54,099 nt of DNA from an uncultured Actinomycetes bacterium (GCA_964627505.1 CAZVKB010000006.1:1-54099); one strand, 5' to 3'. Counted from the first letter of the stretch, positions 38,374 to 48,091 are shown. Notes: generated by a model not told the origin, from the letters alone. Made by a program: numbers and translations.

Positions 38374-41300
38374 CTGCGAGGCCCACGATCAAAGAATTTG
38401 GCTAGCGGGGAAATATCCTGCTCAGCAACGGAGATCGTCGGATTCCCATTGTGCTCAGCGGGATCCGCAACTGCTTCCTGCTCTTCTGAAACGGCACCCT
38501 GCACGCTTGCGGGCACGGTGGCGACCTCAGCCGGTGAGCCAACCGCTCCTGCGGGCGTGACGCCAGCGTGCGCAGGAATCTTGATCACGTCAAAGGTCTC
38601 CTTGTGATCAGGTGCGTCTCCCCCATCCCCGTAGTTGCCGGAAAGACGGGTCCTGCTCTGCCTTGGCCGACGTCCTACGAGCAGCATTCCGGCATGCACA
38701 ATCAGCAGCACCAAAATCGCCGGCACGATCACCGCCAGCAGAAGTTGGGCTGAATTCGCGGCTTCCTGCGCACCCAGCAGGGCCACCAACATAGTCAGCG
38801 CGGCCAACGACGCGGGTAGCACATAGGGCGTGCGGCCAATAATCACCAGCACCATACCCACCACGACAGTGGACCACCCCACCAGCCAACCAGTGCCGCG
38901 GCTCGGGTCACCCAGCGCCGACATAAACTGCGCCACGATCAGAAAACCAACAGCACCGCCGATGATGGCGAACGCCCGCGGTCCTGCGGTAAGTACTCGA
39001 CCGTCGCGCTTGCGTAACGGCGCCAAAGACACCACCCCACCGACCACCGCAGCCAGACCAGCCGCAGGCAGCAGCGCACCAGCACCATCCGCGACGTCGA
39101 AACCCAGCCCTGTGCCGTAAGCCAGCGCCAAACCCCACACCACCGCCACCGCTGCCACAGCCCAATACACCCGAATTGAGGCAGCGACCCGATGTCCACT
39201 GGCATCTGCGTCAGCGCTTCCAGACGGCGCCTTGGCGGCTGCCCTCTGGTCGGCGGCTCGAGCCAGATTATCGAGGGCAGCCGGATCGCCCTCCACATGC
39301 AGTTGCGGCAGTAGCCTGGAGAGCCACTCGGGCAACCACCACGTACCCTTCTGTGCCAGCACCATGATTGCCGGCACGAGCAGACAGCGCACGATCGTGG
39401 CATCCACGAAAACGGCAGTGGACAGGCCAACCCCGAACATCTTCACGATAGGGTTGTCCGAGAGCACGAAACTGCCGAACACCACACACATGATCAAGGC
39501 CGCCGCAGTGACCACCTTGCCGGTGTCTGCGAGCCCTCGTCGCACTGAGGCCGTCATATCGCCTGTGCGTTCCCAATGCTCGCGGAAAGCGGTGAGGAGG
39601 AAGACTTCATAGTCCATGGATAGTCCGAATAGCACCGCGAAGAGCATCATCGGCACGTACGACTCGATCACCACGGGCGCGTTGATGCCGAGTAAAGAGG
39701 CCCCCCAACCCCATTGAAACACCGCCACCACGACCCCGTAGGCCGCAGCGATCGATACCAGATTCATCACCGCAGCCTTGAGTGGAATGAGTAGCGAACG
39801 GTAAGCCACCATCAACAGAAGGAATGCCAGCGATACGACACCCAAGATGAACCAGGGTGTCTTCTGGGCGATCAGGCCCATGAGATCCGAGGTGGCAGCT
39901 GTGATCCCTCCGACGTGGGCGGACATGCTTTGCCCCGCAGTTGCCGGTGGCAACACTTCGGTGCGCAGTTGGTCCACCAATTCGCGGGTTTTGGGATCGC
40001 TCCCGCTGTATTCGGGGATCGCCCTGATGATGGCGACTCCACCATCGGTGCTCACCACCGGTGCTGACACTGAAGCCACACCCGGGGTAGCGGCGACTGC
40101 AGCCAGCAACTCCTGTAGCCGCGGGTCGGATCGTCGCGGATCACCCGCGCCAGGGTCGAGAGTGGTGGCGGCGGGCGGTGCGGTTGCCTCGTCTGCCTCG
40201 GTTGGGGTGGGGGCAGTCGCGGGCGCATACAGTTGCGTAGTGACTGCCAGCGGAGCCGTCGTCCCGGGTCCATAGGCGTCGGCCATCAAATCGTAGGCTT
40301 GCCGGGCCGTGGTGGACTGAGGCAACAATCCGGCGTCGGCCTGCCCGAGGGTGAGGCTGGTCGCTGGTGCGGCCAAGGTGAGCAGCAGGAGTGTGGTCAG
40401 CGTGGCCACCGGCCAGGGCCGCTTGGTCACACCATCGGCAAGCCGACCCCAGCGTGAGGCATCCAACTGCTCAGGGGTCTCGGGCTCACGATGCCGTTTG
40501 GGCACCACCGCCATCTTCATCAAGCCGAGGAGTGCGGGCACCAAAGTGACTGAGGCAGCAACTGCGCACGCCACCACGATCGCTGCGGCATATCCAAGCC
40601 AAGCGAGGAAGCTCAGTCCAGTTAATGCCAGACCACACACTGCCGCGATCAACGTCGCCCCCGCGAAAATCATGGCCGCACCGGCGGTGCCCGATGTGCG
40701 CCCGGCGGCATCGGGCACTGTGTATCCCTGCCGCAGTAACATGCGATGACGGGTGACCAAGAAGAGCGCGTAATCGATGCCGACGCCCAAGCCCAGCATG
40801 GTGCCCAAAGTGGGTGCGACGTCTGGGATGAAGACGAAGTTTGCGATGATCTCGACCCCGGCTAGTCCCACCCCAACGGCGATCAGGGCGTTGATCAGCG
40901 GGATGAGCGTAGCGCCGACTCGGCGCATGGTGATGTACAGCACGAGTACGGCTGCGAGTAGACCCAGCACCTCAGACATGTGAGTTTCGGGATTCGACAG
41001 CTTGGATCCCAGATAACCGCCCATCGCCACCTGGATATCGGGGCCCGCAATCTCGGTGGCCGTTGCCAGCAGTTCTTCGCCGACGCTGACCTTGCCCGCC
41101 GACGCATCGGCCACGGTCACACTCACCATGGCCGTATGGCCATCAGCGGAGATGTAGGAAGGTACTTCAGCCGGGGTTTGCACGACGGAGACATATGGCA
41201 AGTCCGCCAGTGCCGCTCCCACGCTCTCCGGGAGTTGCGAATCCGGCGTCGTGGCGAAATCCACGGAGTCACTGTGCATGAGGATGGGAGTGGCCTCGGC

Positions 41301-41501
41301 GGCCGATCCGGGAAACGCCCGATATATCAGGTCAGCGGCGACCGCGGAATCGGTATTGCTCAGTGACGGTGTTGTCGGCGGGTTGCCCGCCACCACCCGA
41401 CTTAGTCCGCCAACGACCAAGAGCACCGCAAACCACGCGATGACGACCAGCCAACCATGGGTGGCACACCATCGCGCGACTCGATAGAGCACCGCGGACA
41501 T
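38370..41501 (-). CDS. MMPL/RND family transporter with extra C-terminal membrane domain
   Basis: GLGVGIDYALF and FGLSMDYEVFL motifs, DATIVR..LVPA. About 300 extra residues follow the usual C-terminus. Confidence 0.9.
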   Translation of the reverse strand: MSAVLYRVARWCATHGWLVVIAWFAVLLVVGGLSRVVAGNPPTTPSLSNTDSAVAADLIYRAFPGSAAEATPILMHSDSVDFATTPDSQLPESVGAALADLPYVSVVQTPAEVPSYISADGHTAMVSVTVADASAGKVSVGEELLATATEIAGPDIQVAMGGYLGSKLSNPETHMSEVLGLLAAVLVLYITMRRVGATLIPLINALIAVGVGLAGVEIIANFVFIPDVAPTLGTMLGLGVGIDYALFLVTRHRMLLRQGYTVPDAAGRTSGTAGAAMIFAGATLIAAVCGLALTGLSFLAWLGYAAAIVVACAVAASVTLVPALLGLMKMAVVPKRHREPETPEQLDASRWGRLADGVTKRPWPVATLTTLLLLTLAAPATSLTLGQADAGLLPQSTTARQAYDLMADAYGPGTTAPLAVTTQLYAPATAPTPTEADEATAPPAATTLDPGAGDPRRSDPRLQELLAAVAATPGVASVSAPVVSTDGGVAIIRAIPEYSGSDPKTRELVDQLRTEVLPPATAGQSMSAHVGGITAATSDLMGLIAQKTPWFILGVVSLAFLLLMVAYRSLLIPLKAAVMNLVSIAAAYGVVVAVFQWGWGASLLGINAPVVIESYVPMMLFAVLFGLSMDYEVFLLTAFREHWERTGDMTASVRRGLADTGKVVTAAALIMCVVFGSFVLSDNPIVKMFGVGLSTAVFVDATIVRCLLVPAIMVLAQKGTWWLPEWLSRLLPQLHVEGDPAALDNLARAADQRAAAKAPSGSADADASGHRVAASIRVYWAVAAVAVVWGLALAYGTGLGFDVADGAGALLPAAGLAAVVGGVVSLAPLRKRDGRVLTAGPRAFAIIGGAVGFLIVAQFMSALGDPSRGTGWLVGWSTVVVGMVLVIIGRTPYVLPASLAALTMLVALLGAQEAANSAQLLLAVIVPAILVLLIVHAGMLLVGRRPRQSRTRLSGNYGDGGDAPDHKETFDVIKIPAHAGVTPAGAVGSPAEVATVPASVQGAVSEEQEAVADPAEHNGNPTISVAEQDISPLAKFFDRGPRR

Positions 41502-41556
41502 CCGGTCAGAATAGGCTACTGCTCAGACAACCCCCGCCCGAAAGGTCCGCTGGTAG

Positions 41557-43152
41557 TTAATCCAGATAATCGCGCAGTACCTGTGAACGACTCGGGTGGC
41601 GAAGTTTGCTCATGGTTTTAGACTCGATCTGGCGGATCCGCTCCCGCGTCACGCCGTAGACTTTGCCGATTTCGTCCAGAGTCTTCGGTTGCCCGTCAGT
41701 GAGCCCGAAGCGCATTTTCACCACGCCGGCCTCGCGTTCACTCAGCGTTTCCAAGACACCTTGCAACTGCTCCTGCAACAACGTGAACGACACGGCGTCG
41801 GCTGGCACAATCGCTTCGGAGTCTTCGATCAGATCTCCGAACTCGCTGTCCCCATCCTCGCCCAGGGGGGTGTGCAAGGAGATCGGCTCACGGCCGTATT
41901 TCTGAACTTCGATCACCTTTTCCGGCGTCATGTCCAGTTCATGGGCGAGTTCTTCCGGGGTGGCGTCGCGACCTAGGTCCTGGGTCATCTGGCGCTGCAC
42001 CCGGGCTAGCTTGTTGATGACTTCCACCATGTGCACGGGAATACGGATGGTGCGGGCCTGATCGGCCATGGCGCGGGTGATGGCTTGGCGAATCCACCAG
42101 GTCGCATACGTCGAGAACTTGTAGCCCTTGGTGTAGTCGAACTTCTCCACTGCCCGGATGAGTCCGAGATTTCCCTCTTGGATGAGGTCGAGGAACAGCA
42201 TGCCGCGACCCGTGTAGCGCTTGGCCAGCGACACCACCAGGCGCAGGTTGGCCTCCAGGAGATGCCGCTTTGCTGCCTGTCCGTCTGCGGAAATCCACTC
42301 CAGGTCCAACCGCAGTTCGTCGTCCTCGATCCCGGCGGCCAGCATCTCCTCGGCAAACAGTCCGGCTTCGATCCGTTTGGCCAGTTCTACTTCTTGTTCC
42401 GCGTTGAGCAGTGCCACCTTGCCGATTTGCTTGAGGTAGTCCTTGACCGGGTCTGCGGTCGCGCCAGCCTGATGAACTTGCTGGACCGGTTCATCGGTGT
42501 CATCCACATCGGAAATCACCAGTTCCTCAGCTGATTGCTTCGATTTTGCCGGCGCAGCGGCGCTATCCACGATCAGGGCCGGACGAGTAACCTCCTTGAG
42601 ATCCTCCTCAAGTTGCACCTCAAGCTCGGTCTCCAGGTGGTGCGCCTCTTCGAGATCGATGTGCTCGCCAGTGCTCTCCACAATGACGTGCAGATCTTCC
42701 ACGACCAGTTCGGGGTCCGCGTGATCGTCCAACTCGACATCAACTACGGCGATATCTTCCACGTCAAGCACCTCACCGAACACATCGGTAGCGGCGAGCG
42801 CCGCGACAGATTCCGGTGTCGTGGCGCCTGCCTCATCCACAGCCGCCGATGTGGCGCTGGCGGTGGCCTTCTTCGCCGCGGCTTTCTTAACCGGAGCCTT
42901 CTTAACGGCGGCTTTCTTCGCTGGCGCCTTCTTCGCGGCGGCTTTCTTAACCGGAGCCTTCTTGACCGGAGCCTTCTTCGCGGCGGCCTTCTTTACAGCG
43001 GCTTTCTTCGCCGGCGCCTTCTTGGCTGGGGCTTTCCGGGTCTTCACTGCCGGTGTGCCCTGGTCAGCGGTGGCACTACCTGCCTCGACGACTGAGGTTG
43101 CGGTGGAATCCTGCGCGTCTCCGGCGGAGATCGTGCTGGTTTTGGTCGGCAT
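41557..43152 (-). CDS. sigA: Principal sigma factor (SigA/HrdB/RpoD)
   Basis: [72 protein letters not shown]. Confidence 0.96.
   Translation of the reverse strand: MPTKTSTISAGDAQDSTATSVVEAGSATADQGTPAVKTRKAPAKKAPAKKAAVKKAAAKKAPVKKAPVKKAAAKKAPAKKAAVKKAPVKKAAAKKATASATSAAVDEAGATTPESVAALAATDVFGEVLDVEDIAVVDVELDDHADPELVVEDLHVIVESTGEHIDLEEAHHLETELEVQLEEDLKEVTRPALIVDSAAAPAKSKQSAEELVISDVDDTDEPVQQVHQAGATADPVKDYLKQIGKVALLNAEQEVELAKRIEAGLFAEEMLAAGIEDDELRLDLEWISADGQAAKRHLLEANLRLVVSLAKRYTGRGMLFLDLIQEGNLGLIRAVEKFDYTKGYKFSTYATWWIRQAITRAMADQARTIRIPVHMVEVINKLARVQRQMTQDLGRDATPEELAHELDMTPEKVIEVQKYGREPISLHTPLGEDGDSEFGDLIEDSEAIVPADAVSFTLLQEQLQGVLETLSEREAGVVKMRFGLTDGQPKTLDEIGKVYGVTRERIRQIESKTMSKLRHPSRSQVLRDYLD
42866..43035 (-). 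repeat. Degenerate 15-bp coding repeat, about 11 KKA(P/A)(A/V) pentapeptides
   Basis: [56 protein letters not shown] in the sigma N-terminus. Confidence 0.92.
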
Positions 43153-43238
43153 AGGTGCAGAGGGCCTTTCAATTGGCGATGAGCGGCCCGTTTATGGGCG
43201 CACTAAAGCAGGCTGCTGTCAAGCAGTGACGAGGGGAT

Positions 43239-43264
43239 AACTCTGACACACCAGCGACTATTCC
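43239..43264 (-). promoter_or_regulatory. SigR/SigH-type ECF promoter upstream of sigA
   Basis: Minus strand reads GGAAT-agtcgctggtgtgtcaga(18 nt)-GTT, matching GGAAT-N18-GTT. Confidence 0.72.
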
Positions 43265-43321
43265 CCCGCCACCGACTCCGACTTATTTTTCCTCTGACCA
43301 ATTCGCCTCACCACAACCGGC

Positions 43322-44467
43322 TCAACTTGCCTTCGGCCATGCCAGCGGGTCGCGCGGATCCACTCGGGCTGAGTCCTGATCCGCCTGCTGTGTCCCACGC
43401 AACTGCGCGAGGCCGATTGAGTCCAGGATGGCGTGCCACTTCTGCGGGGGTACCCCGGACTTGGCCGATGCCTGCACGATTCTTGCCAAGGAATTATTCG
43501 GCTGGGTGGACAACGCCTTTTCTGCCGCGATCGTGGCGAAGGCGCCGTCGCCAAGTTGCCATGTGACAGCCGCCAAAGTTGCAGCCACTGCGGGTTGGTA
43601 AGGCTCTGGGGTCATGGTCGTCAAGGCTGTCAACCAGGCCCGACAGTTGGACAATCCACGCCGGCGTTCCTGTGGTGGGGAAACCTGTAAAAGTCGATAC
43701 ATCAGAGGTTCCCGCACTCGGGCATCACTCAACGCAACCGCCCATATTGCTCCCACGGTGGCAAGTTCCGTGGGATCACAACGTCGCTGACAAGCTGCCA
43801 CCAGATCGTCTTCCACCTCGCGGCGCCAATCGTCACCGAAGCCTTCGAATTCGGCCGTTGTGAGCATGGCACGCGCGTCCGCAAATCCAGCCTCCGAAAG
43901 CAATGTGATGGCTGGGGTGAGGGAGGATGCCAAGGCTGATCTACTGGGGACGAACCCTAGTTCGGAGACGACCAATGCGAACCGAATGCGCTCAACTTCT
44001 TCGCCATCCAACGTGTGACCGCTAGTAGTACAACACTCACTGTGTCCGGGGCCGTAGTCCCACATCGCGAGTCCATCGGTGGCCAGGCAGTGTCCAGTGC
44101 GAATCCCCAGGTCTTGCAGAGATCGCGTCAGCGACGTGACGAGCCGCCGGTGCGCAGATGCGTTCGCATCGTCATGCCATAAGACCAAGTGCGCCATATG
44201 CAGGTCGACCTCGAGGGCTAGCGATCCCCGCACTGTTTCGGTGATCATTGCCACCACATCATCCTCGACGGCAGCGTCGTCGACGGGGGGCAAATCCACC
44301 CGCAACGAGACGACAACTTGGTTCGAATGCTCAGCCAGGAAGAGCAACACCACACTGTCGTGTGGAATGAAACCCACGAGATAAGGCAGGCTGGCAATCA
44401 TGGCGGTAGGGGACGTCACATGAATGGGGGGCTGCTGGGCCCCGGGTTGAGCTGGAGAATTTGGCAT
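43322..44467 (-). CDS. DUF4192 family protein
   Basis: SLPYLVGFIPHDSVVL, LRVDLP, ALSDARVRE, TLAAVTWQLGDGA.A. Typical location upstream of the sigma gene. Start placed at ATG 44467. Confidence 0.82.
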   Translation of the reverse strand: MPNSPAQPGAQQPPIHVTSPTAMIASLPYLVGFIPHDSVVLLFLAEHSNQVVVSLRVDLPPVDDAAVEDDVVAMITETVRGSLALEVDLHMAHLVLWHDDANASAHRRLVTSLTRSLQDLGIRTGHCLATDGLAMWDYGPGHSECCTTSGHTLDGEEVERIRFALVVSELGFVPSRSALASSLTPAITLLSEAGFADARAMLTTAEFEGFGDDWRREVEDDLVAACQRRCDPTELATVGAIWAVALSDARVREPLMYRLLQVSPPQERRRGLSNCRAWLTALTTMTPEPYQPAVAATLAAVTWQLGDGAFATIAAEKALSTQPNNSLARIVQASAKSGVPPQKWHAILDSIGLAQLRGTQQADQDSARVDPRDPLAWPKAS

Positions 44468-44519
44468 GGCTCGAGCATTGTCCAGCCACACCGATGCACA
44501 CCAGAGCATCTTCGTCAGC

Positions 44520-44528
44520 TGTGGATAA
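44520..44528 (-). promoter_or_regulatory. Single perfect DnaA box (TTATCCACA)
   Basis: TGTGGATAA on the + strand in the short intergenic region upstream of the DUF4192 gene. Confidence 0.5.
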
Positions 44529-44550
44529 CCACAACCCGCTCGACGGGGAA

Positions 44551-45705
44551 CTAGGCGAGAGTGGCTTGACCCTGCTTCTGCGCCCGACCTTCCTGTACCC
44601 GCCAGCCCACGAGGGTGGCGATTCCGGTGGCAGCTTGCGGCAGCAATTGCACAACCTGCCACACCACCACAGCTGCCAAAATCGCGTCCTCACTCAGTCC
44701 GAAGGCGGCCAGCATCGCCCCGAGCACTCCAGCTACGGTGCCCAAGCCGCCGGGGGTGATCGGAATCAACGTGCCGAGTCGGGAGATCGCGAAGGCGGCA
44801 AAAATCTCGGCGAAAGAGATCTGATCGCCACTTCCCGGTGCCACTCCACGCACCGCCACGAACAGGATCATGAACTGCATGAACGACACCGCCAGGTTGG
44901 TGACCGTCAAGGACATCCAGCGATCCTTGACTACGTCCACCACCTCGTCACGGAAACTCATCACTGAATCGGTGAGGTCGATGTCCTTGTGCATCCGTCG
45001 GAACACCGGAGCCGCGACCTTCTGCCCGAGCTTCCCGACCTTCATAGCGCTGGTCTCACTGCGCAAAATCAGCCAGAAAAGCACCACCATGATGATCAGA
45101 GCAGCCAGCCCGATCAAGCCCGCGTAGACCCAGGCCGACTGCAGTTCACCACTGTTGGCGATCGCCAAGACACCCAGTACGGGCAACAGGAATGTCATGA
45201 AGAACGACCAGACACTGGTCACCGCAATACCAGTGGTGGCGGCCGCTGGCGCCACTCGATAGGAAGCCAACATCACGTACTGCAGGGCGAGGGCAAAGGC
45301 GCCTCCGGCAGGTACGAGGGCGGCCATCATCCACGATGTCTGGCGCACCATGAAGGCCGGCTTGTACTTCAGGCCCGGGATCGCGCGTTGATAGGGAAAC
45401 ACGTACACCACGATGTTGACCACCGCGACCAGGATCAGAGAGACCGTCACGTAACGTGGCATCGCCTGGATCTGCGTCCAAGCGTCTGAGAATGAACCAA
45501 ACTGCTTCGACAGTCCCCAGAACACAAAACCCAAGATGATCAGCGTGATGATGGCGCCGATGACGGTCTTCTTCTTGTCCAACTTTGCGCTGGCGGCACT
45601 CGGCATCTGGTCCACGGTCGAGTCCGCGACCGACGACTGTTCTGTGGATGTGGGCTGATCATCCGGTTGCTGCGATGATGACGGTTTCGACGCGTCACTA
45701 GTCAC
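44551..45705 (-). CDS. Lysylphosphatidylglycerol-synthase TM region / YbhN-like flippase-domain protein
   Basis: Multi-TM, VPAGG and IPITPGGLG motifs. Start is uncertain (GTG 45705 after GGAG). Confidence 0.78.
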   Translation of the reverse strand: MTSDASKPSSSQQPDDQPTSTEQSSVADSTVDQMPSAASAKLDKKKTVIGAIITLIILGFVFWGLSKQFGSFSDAWTQIQAMPRYVTVSLILVAVVNIVVYVFPYQRAIPGLKYKPAFMVRQTSWMMAALVPAGGAFALALQYVMLASYRVAPAAATTGIAVTSVWSFFMTFLLPVLGVLAIANSGELQSAWVYAGLIGLAALIIMVVLFWLILRSETSAMKVGKLGQKVAAPVFRRMHKDIDLTDSVMSFRDEVVDVVKDRWMSLTVTNLAVSFMQFMILFVAVRGVAPGSGDQISFAEIFAAFAISRLGTLIPITPGGLGTVAGVLGAMLAAFGLSEDAILAAVVVWQVVQLLPQAATGIATLVGWRVQEGRAQKQGQATLA

Positions 45706-45835
45706 GAAACGGCGCTCCAGAGTCAGTTGGGGGTCGCGGCCGATCATGTGTGCACCGCGACTGCGACCATAGCCTTGCACACGCTGGCAGCGAAGACCGA
45801 CATGACATCCCCGCGTGCCGAGACAGCTGAACTCG

Positions 45836-46606
45836 TTAGTTGACGGTGCGCTCTTCGGCTAGCCCGCTACCGCCGTCCACCACCAACACCTGCCCTGTGG
45901 TGTAGGACGCCGTTGGGGACGCAAACCAAGTCACTGCGGCGGCAACTTCCGCCGGTGTACCGCTGCGGCCCAAAGGGGTAAACCTGCCCTCTGCGACCTC
46001 GCGCGGCAATTGGGAACCAGTGGCGATCCAGCCCGGCGCCACCACATTGCAGGTGATGCCGAAGGAGGCGTAGTCCAGCGCAACGGATCTCGCCAGACCG
46101 ACCATCGCAGCTTTCGCCGTCGCATAGATCGACTCCCCGCGCATGGCCATCACTGCCCCGGTGACCGAGGAGATCATGACGATTCGGCCGTAGCGGCGCG
46201 CAGCCATACCGGGCAGGACTGCGCGCGTGACGAAGAAAGCGGTGTCCAAGTTGCGAGCCAAACCTGCCCGCCAAGCTCCAGTGTCGACCTCCCCCGCCCT
46301 GCCGTTTTCGGCGGCCGCAGAATCTGAGCGACTGGTCATTCCGGCGTTGTTGACCAGAATGTCGACATCGCCTGCGGCCGCCACCGCCGCTGCCGCCTGG
46401 CGTTCGTCAGTGAGATCGGCAACAACTGCCGTGGCGGCTATTCCTTGCTCCTGCAACTGTGCAGCGCGTCGATGCACATGGTCCCCGGTGGCACACAAAC
46501 ACACTGCGGCCCCCCGGGTACCTAATGCCAATGCCACCGCAAAGCCGATTCCGTCACGTTGCCCCGCACCCGTGATGAGCGCGCGCTGACCGGTGAATTC
46601 CGCCAT
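45836..46606 (-). CDS. SDR family oxidoreductase (FabG-like)
   Basis: TGAGQRDGIG, LVNNAG, YATAK, NVVAPGWIAT, VDGG. GGGAG RBS before ATG 46606. Confidence 0.9.
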   Translation of the reverse strand: MAEFTGQRALITGAGQRDGIGFAVALALGTRGAAVCLCATGDHVHRRAAQLQEQGIAATAVVADLTDERQAAAAVAAAGDVDILVNNAGMTSRSDSAAAENGRAGEVDTGAWRAGLARNLDTAFFVTRAVLPGMAARRYGRIVMISSVTGAVMAMRGESIYATAKAAMVGLARSVALDYASFGITCNVVAPGWIATGSQLPREVAEGRFTPLGRSGTPAEVAAAVTWFASPTASYTTGQVLVVDGGSGLAEERTVN

Positions 46607-46652
46607 CTTTACTCCCTGTGACATCCAACTCCAGACCTGCCACCATAAGGGC

Positions 46653-47300
46653 GTGCACGTCAACATCATTGAGCATGCTGTTCTCGCCGATAGCCTCGCA
46701 CGCTTGCGCCAGCGCGATGTGGCGCAACCGGAGTTTTCCGCCTGTGTGCATCGGGCCACCTTGGTGCTGCTCGCCGCAGCCACAGCGGACTTGCCCACCC
46801 GGCGTGCGCACATCGAAACTCCCGTGGCCCCCGCAACGGTCGATGTGTTGACGGACCCGCCGGTTGTGGTCCCCATCATTCGCGCCGGCCTGGGCATGCT
46901 GGATGCAGCTCGGCTCTTGCTGCCGACCGCCCATGTGAGTTTCGTGGGACTGCGCCGCGACGAGCGCACTGCCGCTGCCCACTGGTATTTCGATGGGCTG
47001 CCGACCTCTTTAGCTGGCAAAGATGTGATCGTGCTGGAGCCAATGATCGCCACGGGCGGCACGCTCACCCATGTGGCTGATCGGCTCAGTGCCCTTGGGC
47101 CTGCCCGAGTCACCGTGCTCTCCCTGCTCTGCGCACCACAAGGGGTCGCTGCGCTGCGAGAGTGTGCAGCCACGACCGCCACGCCGATCCGGCTGCTCTG
47201 CGGAGCTGTGGACGAAGGACTGACGGCCGCCCACTTCATCACTCCCGGTCTCGGCGATGCCGGTGATCGGATGTTCGGTGAACCTGCGGCGTACTTCTAA
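46653..47300 (+). CDS. upp: Uracil phosphoribosyltransferase
   Basis: IETPVA, VPIIRAGLGM, RRDERT, PMIATGG, PGLGDAGDRMFG. Confidence 0.9.
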   Translation: MHVNIIEHAVLADSLARLRQRDVAQPEFSACVHRATLVLLAAATADLPTRRAHIETPVAPATVDVLTDPPVVVPIIRAGLGMLDAARLLLPTAHVSFVGLRRDERTAAAHWYFDGLPTSLAGKDVIVLEPMIATGGTLTHVADRLSALGPARVTVLSLLCAPQGVAALRECAATTATPIRLLCGAVDEGLTAAHFITPGLGDAGDRMFGEPAAYF

Positions 47301-47365
47301 GAACAACGGGTAGGCCAAGTTCAGATCACCAGGTTAATGTCAGGTGAATCGCGTATTCTCCCGAC

Positions 47366-48091
47366 GTGACGCCCGGTGAAAATCCGCACCCGCAGGTGCA
47401 CCCGACGCAGGCTCAGCCTGCGCGTGCCCACGTCAAGTCCGCGCGGGCCAACGCGGCTTTTCCGAAGCAAGTCAAACGGGCCGAAATGCCTGTGGGCGCC
47501 CCATTCGTGGTCACTGCCATCGTCATCATCCAGCTGGCTTTGCCGGAAACCGTCTCGGTGGGACCCCGCTGGGCCATTCCGGCTTTGGAAGTGGTCGGTG
47601 CAGTGATTTTGGCTTTGGTGCTGGCCTTGTCGGACTTGACTGGCCGGGCACGTCGGATAGTGGTGTCGGTCTACCTCACCATGCTGATCGCCTCAAGCGT
47701 GCTCAATGGACTGTTGCTCTTCGACTCGCTATTGACGACGCAGGCAGTGCCCGAAACGGGTCAAGAACTCTTACTGGCCGGTTTCGGTGTCCTCATCATC
47801 AACGTGCTCAGCTTCGGTCTCGTGTACTGGGAATTAGACGGCGGCGGCCCGGCGGGTCGGGAACTGGGATTGCACCCGCCGGACTTTCAATTTCCACAGC
47901 AAGCATCGGGGATGGACTGGCAACCGACTCTGTTTGACTACCTATTCACCGCGTACACCAACATCATCGCGTTCAGCCCCACCGACACCATGCCGCTGAC
48001 GCACCGCGTGAAGTTTCTCTTCGTGATTCAGTCCACGGTTTCCCTGGTCACGGTACTGGTCACGTTGAGCCGCGCCATCAACCTCATCTGA
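47366..48091 (+). CDS. DUF1345-like membrane protein
   Basis: YWELDGGGP, PDFQFPQ, W.PTLFDYL, AFSPTDTMPL. Confidence 0.8.
   Translation: MTPGENPHPQVHPTQAQPARAHVKSARANAAFPKQVKRAEMPVGAPFVVTAIVIIQLALPETVSVGPRWAIPALEVVGAVILALVLALSDLTGRARRIVVSVYLTMLIASSVLNGLLLFDSLLTTQAVPETGQELLLAGFGVLIINVLSFGLVYWELDGGGPAGRELGLHPPDFQFPQQASGMDWQPTLFDYLFTAYTNIIAFSPTDTMPLTHRVKFLFVIQSTVSLVTVLVTLSRAINLI

Noticed and set aside
42866..43035. CRISPR-like array
   Set aside because: These are degenerate in-frame coding repeats with no spacers or cas genes. The PD-(D/E)XK gene at 20654 is a standalone RecB-family nuclease, not Cas4 in a cas locus.
45836..47242. 468-aa SDR fusion protein
   Set aside because: The N-terminal part is the antisense of upp. 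The SDR starts at 46606.
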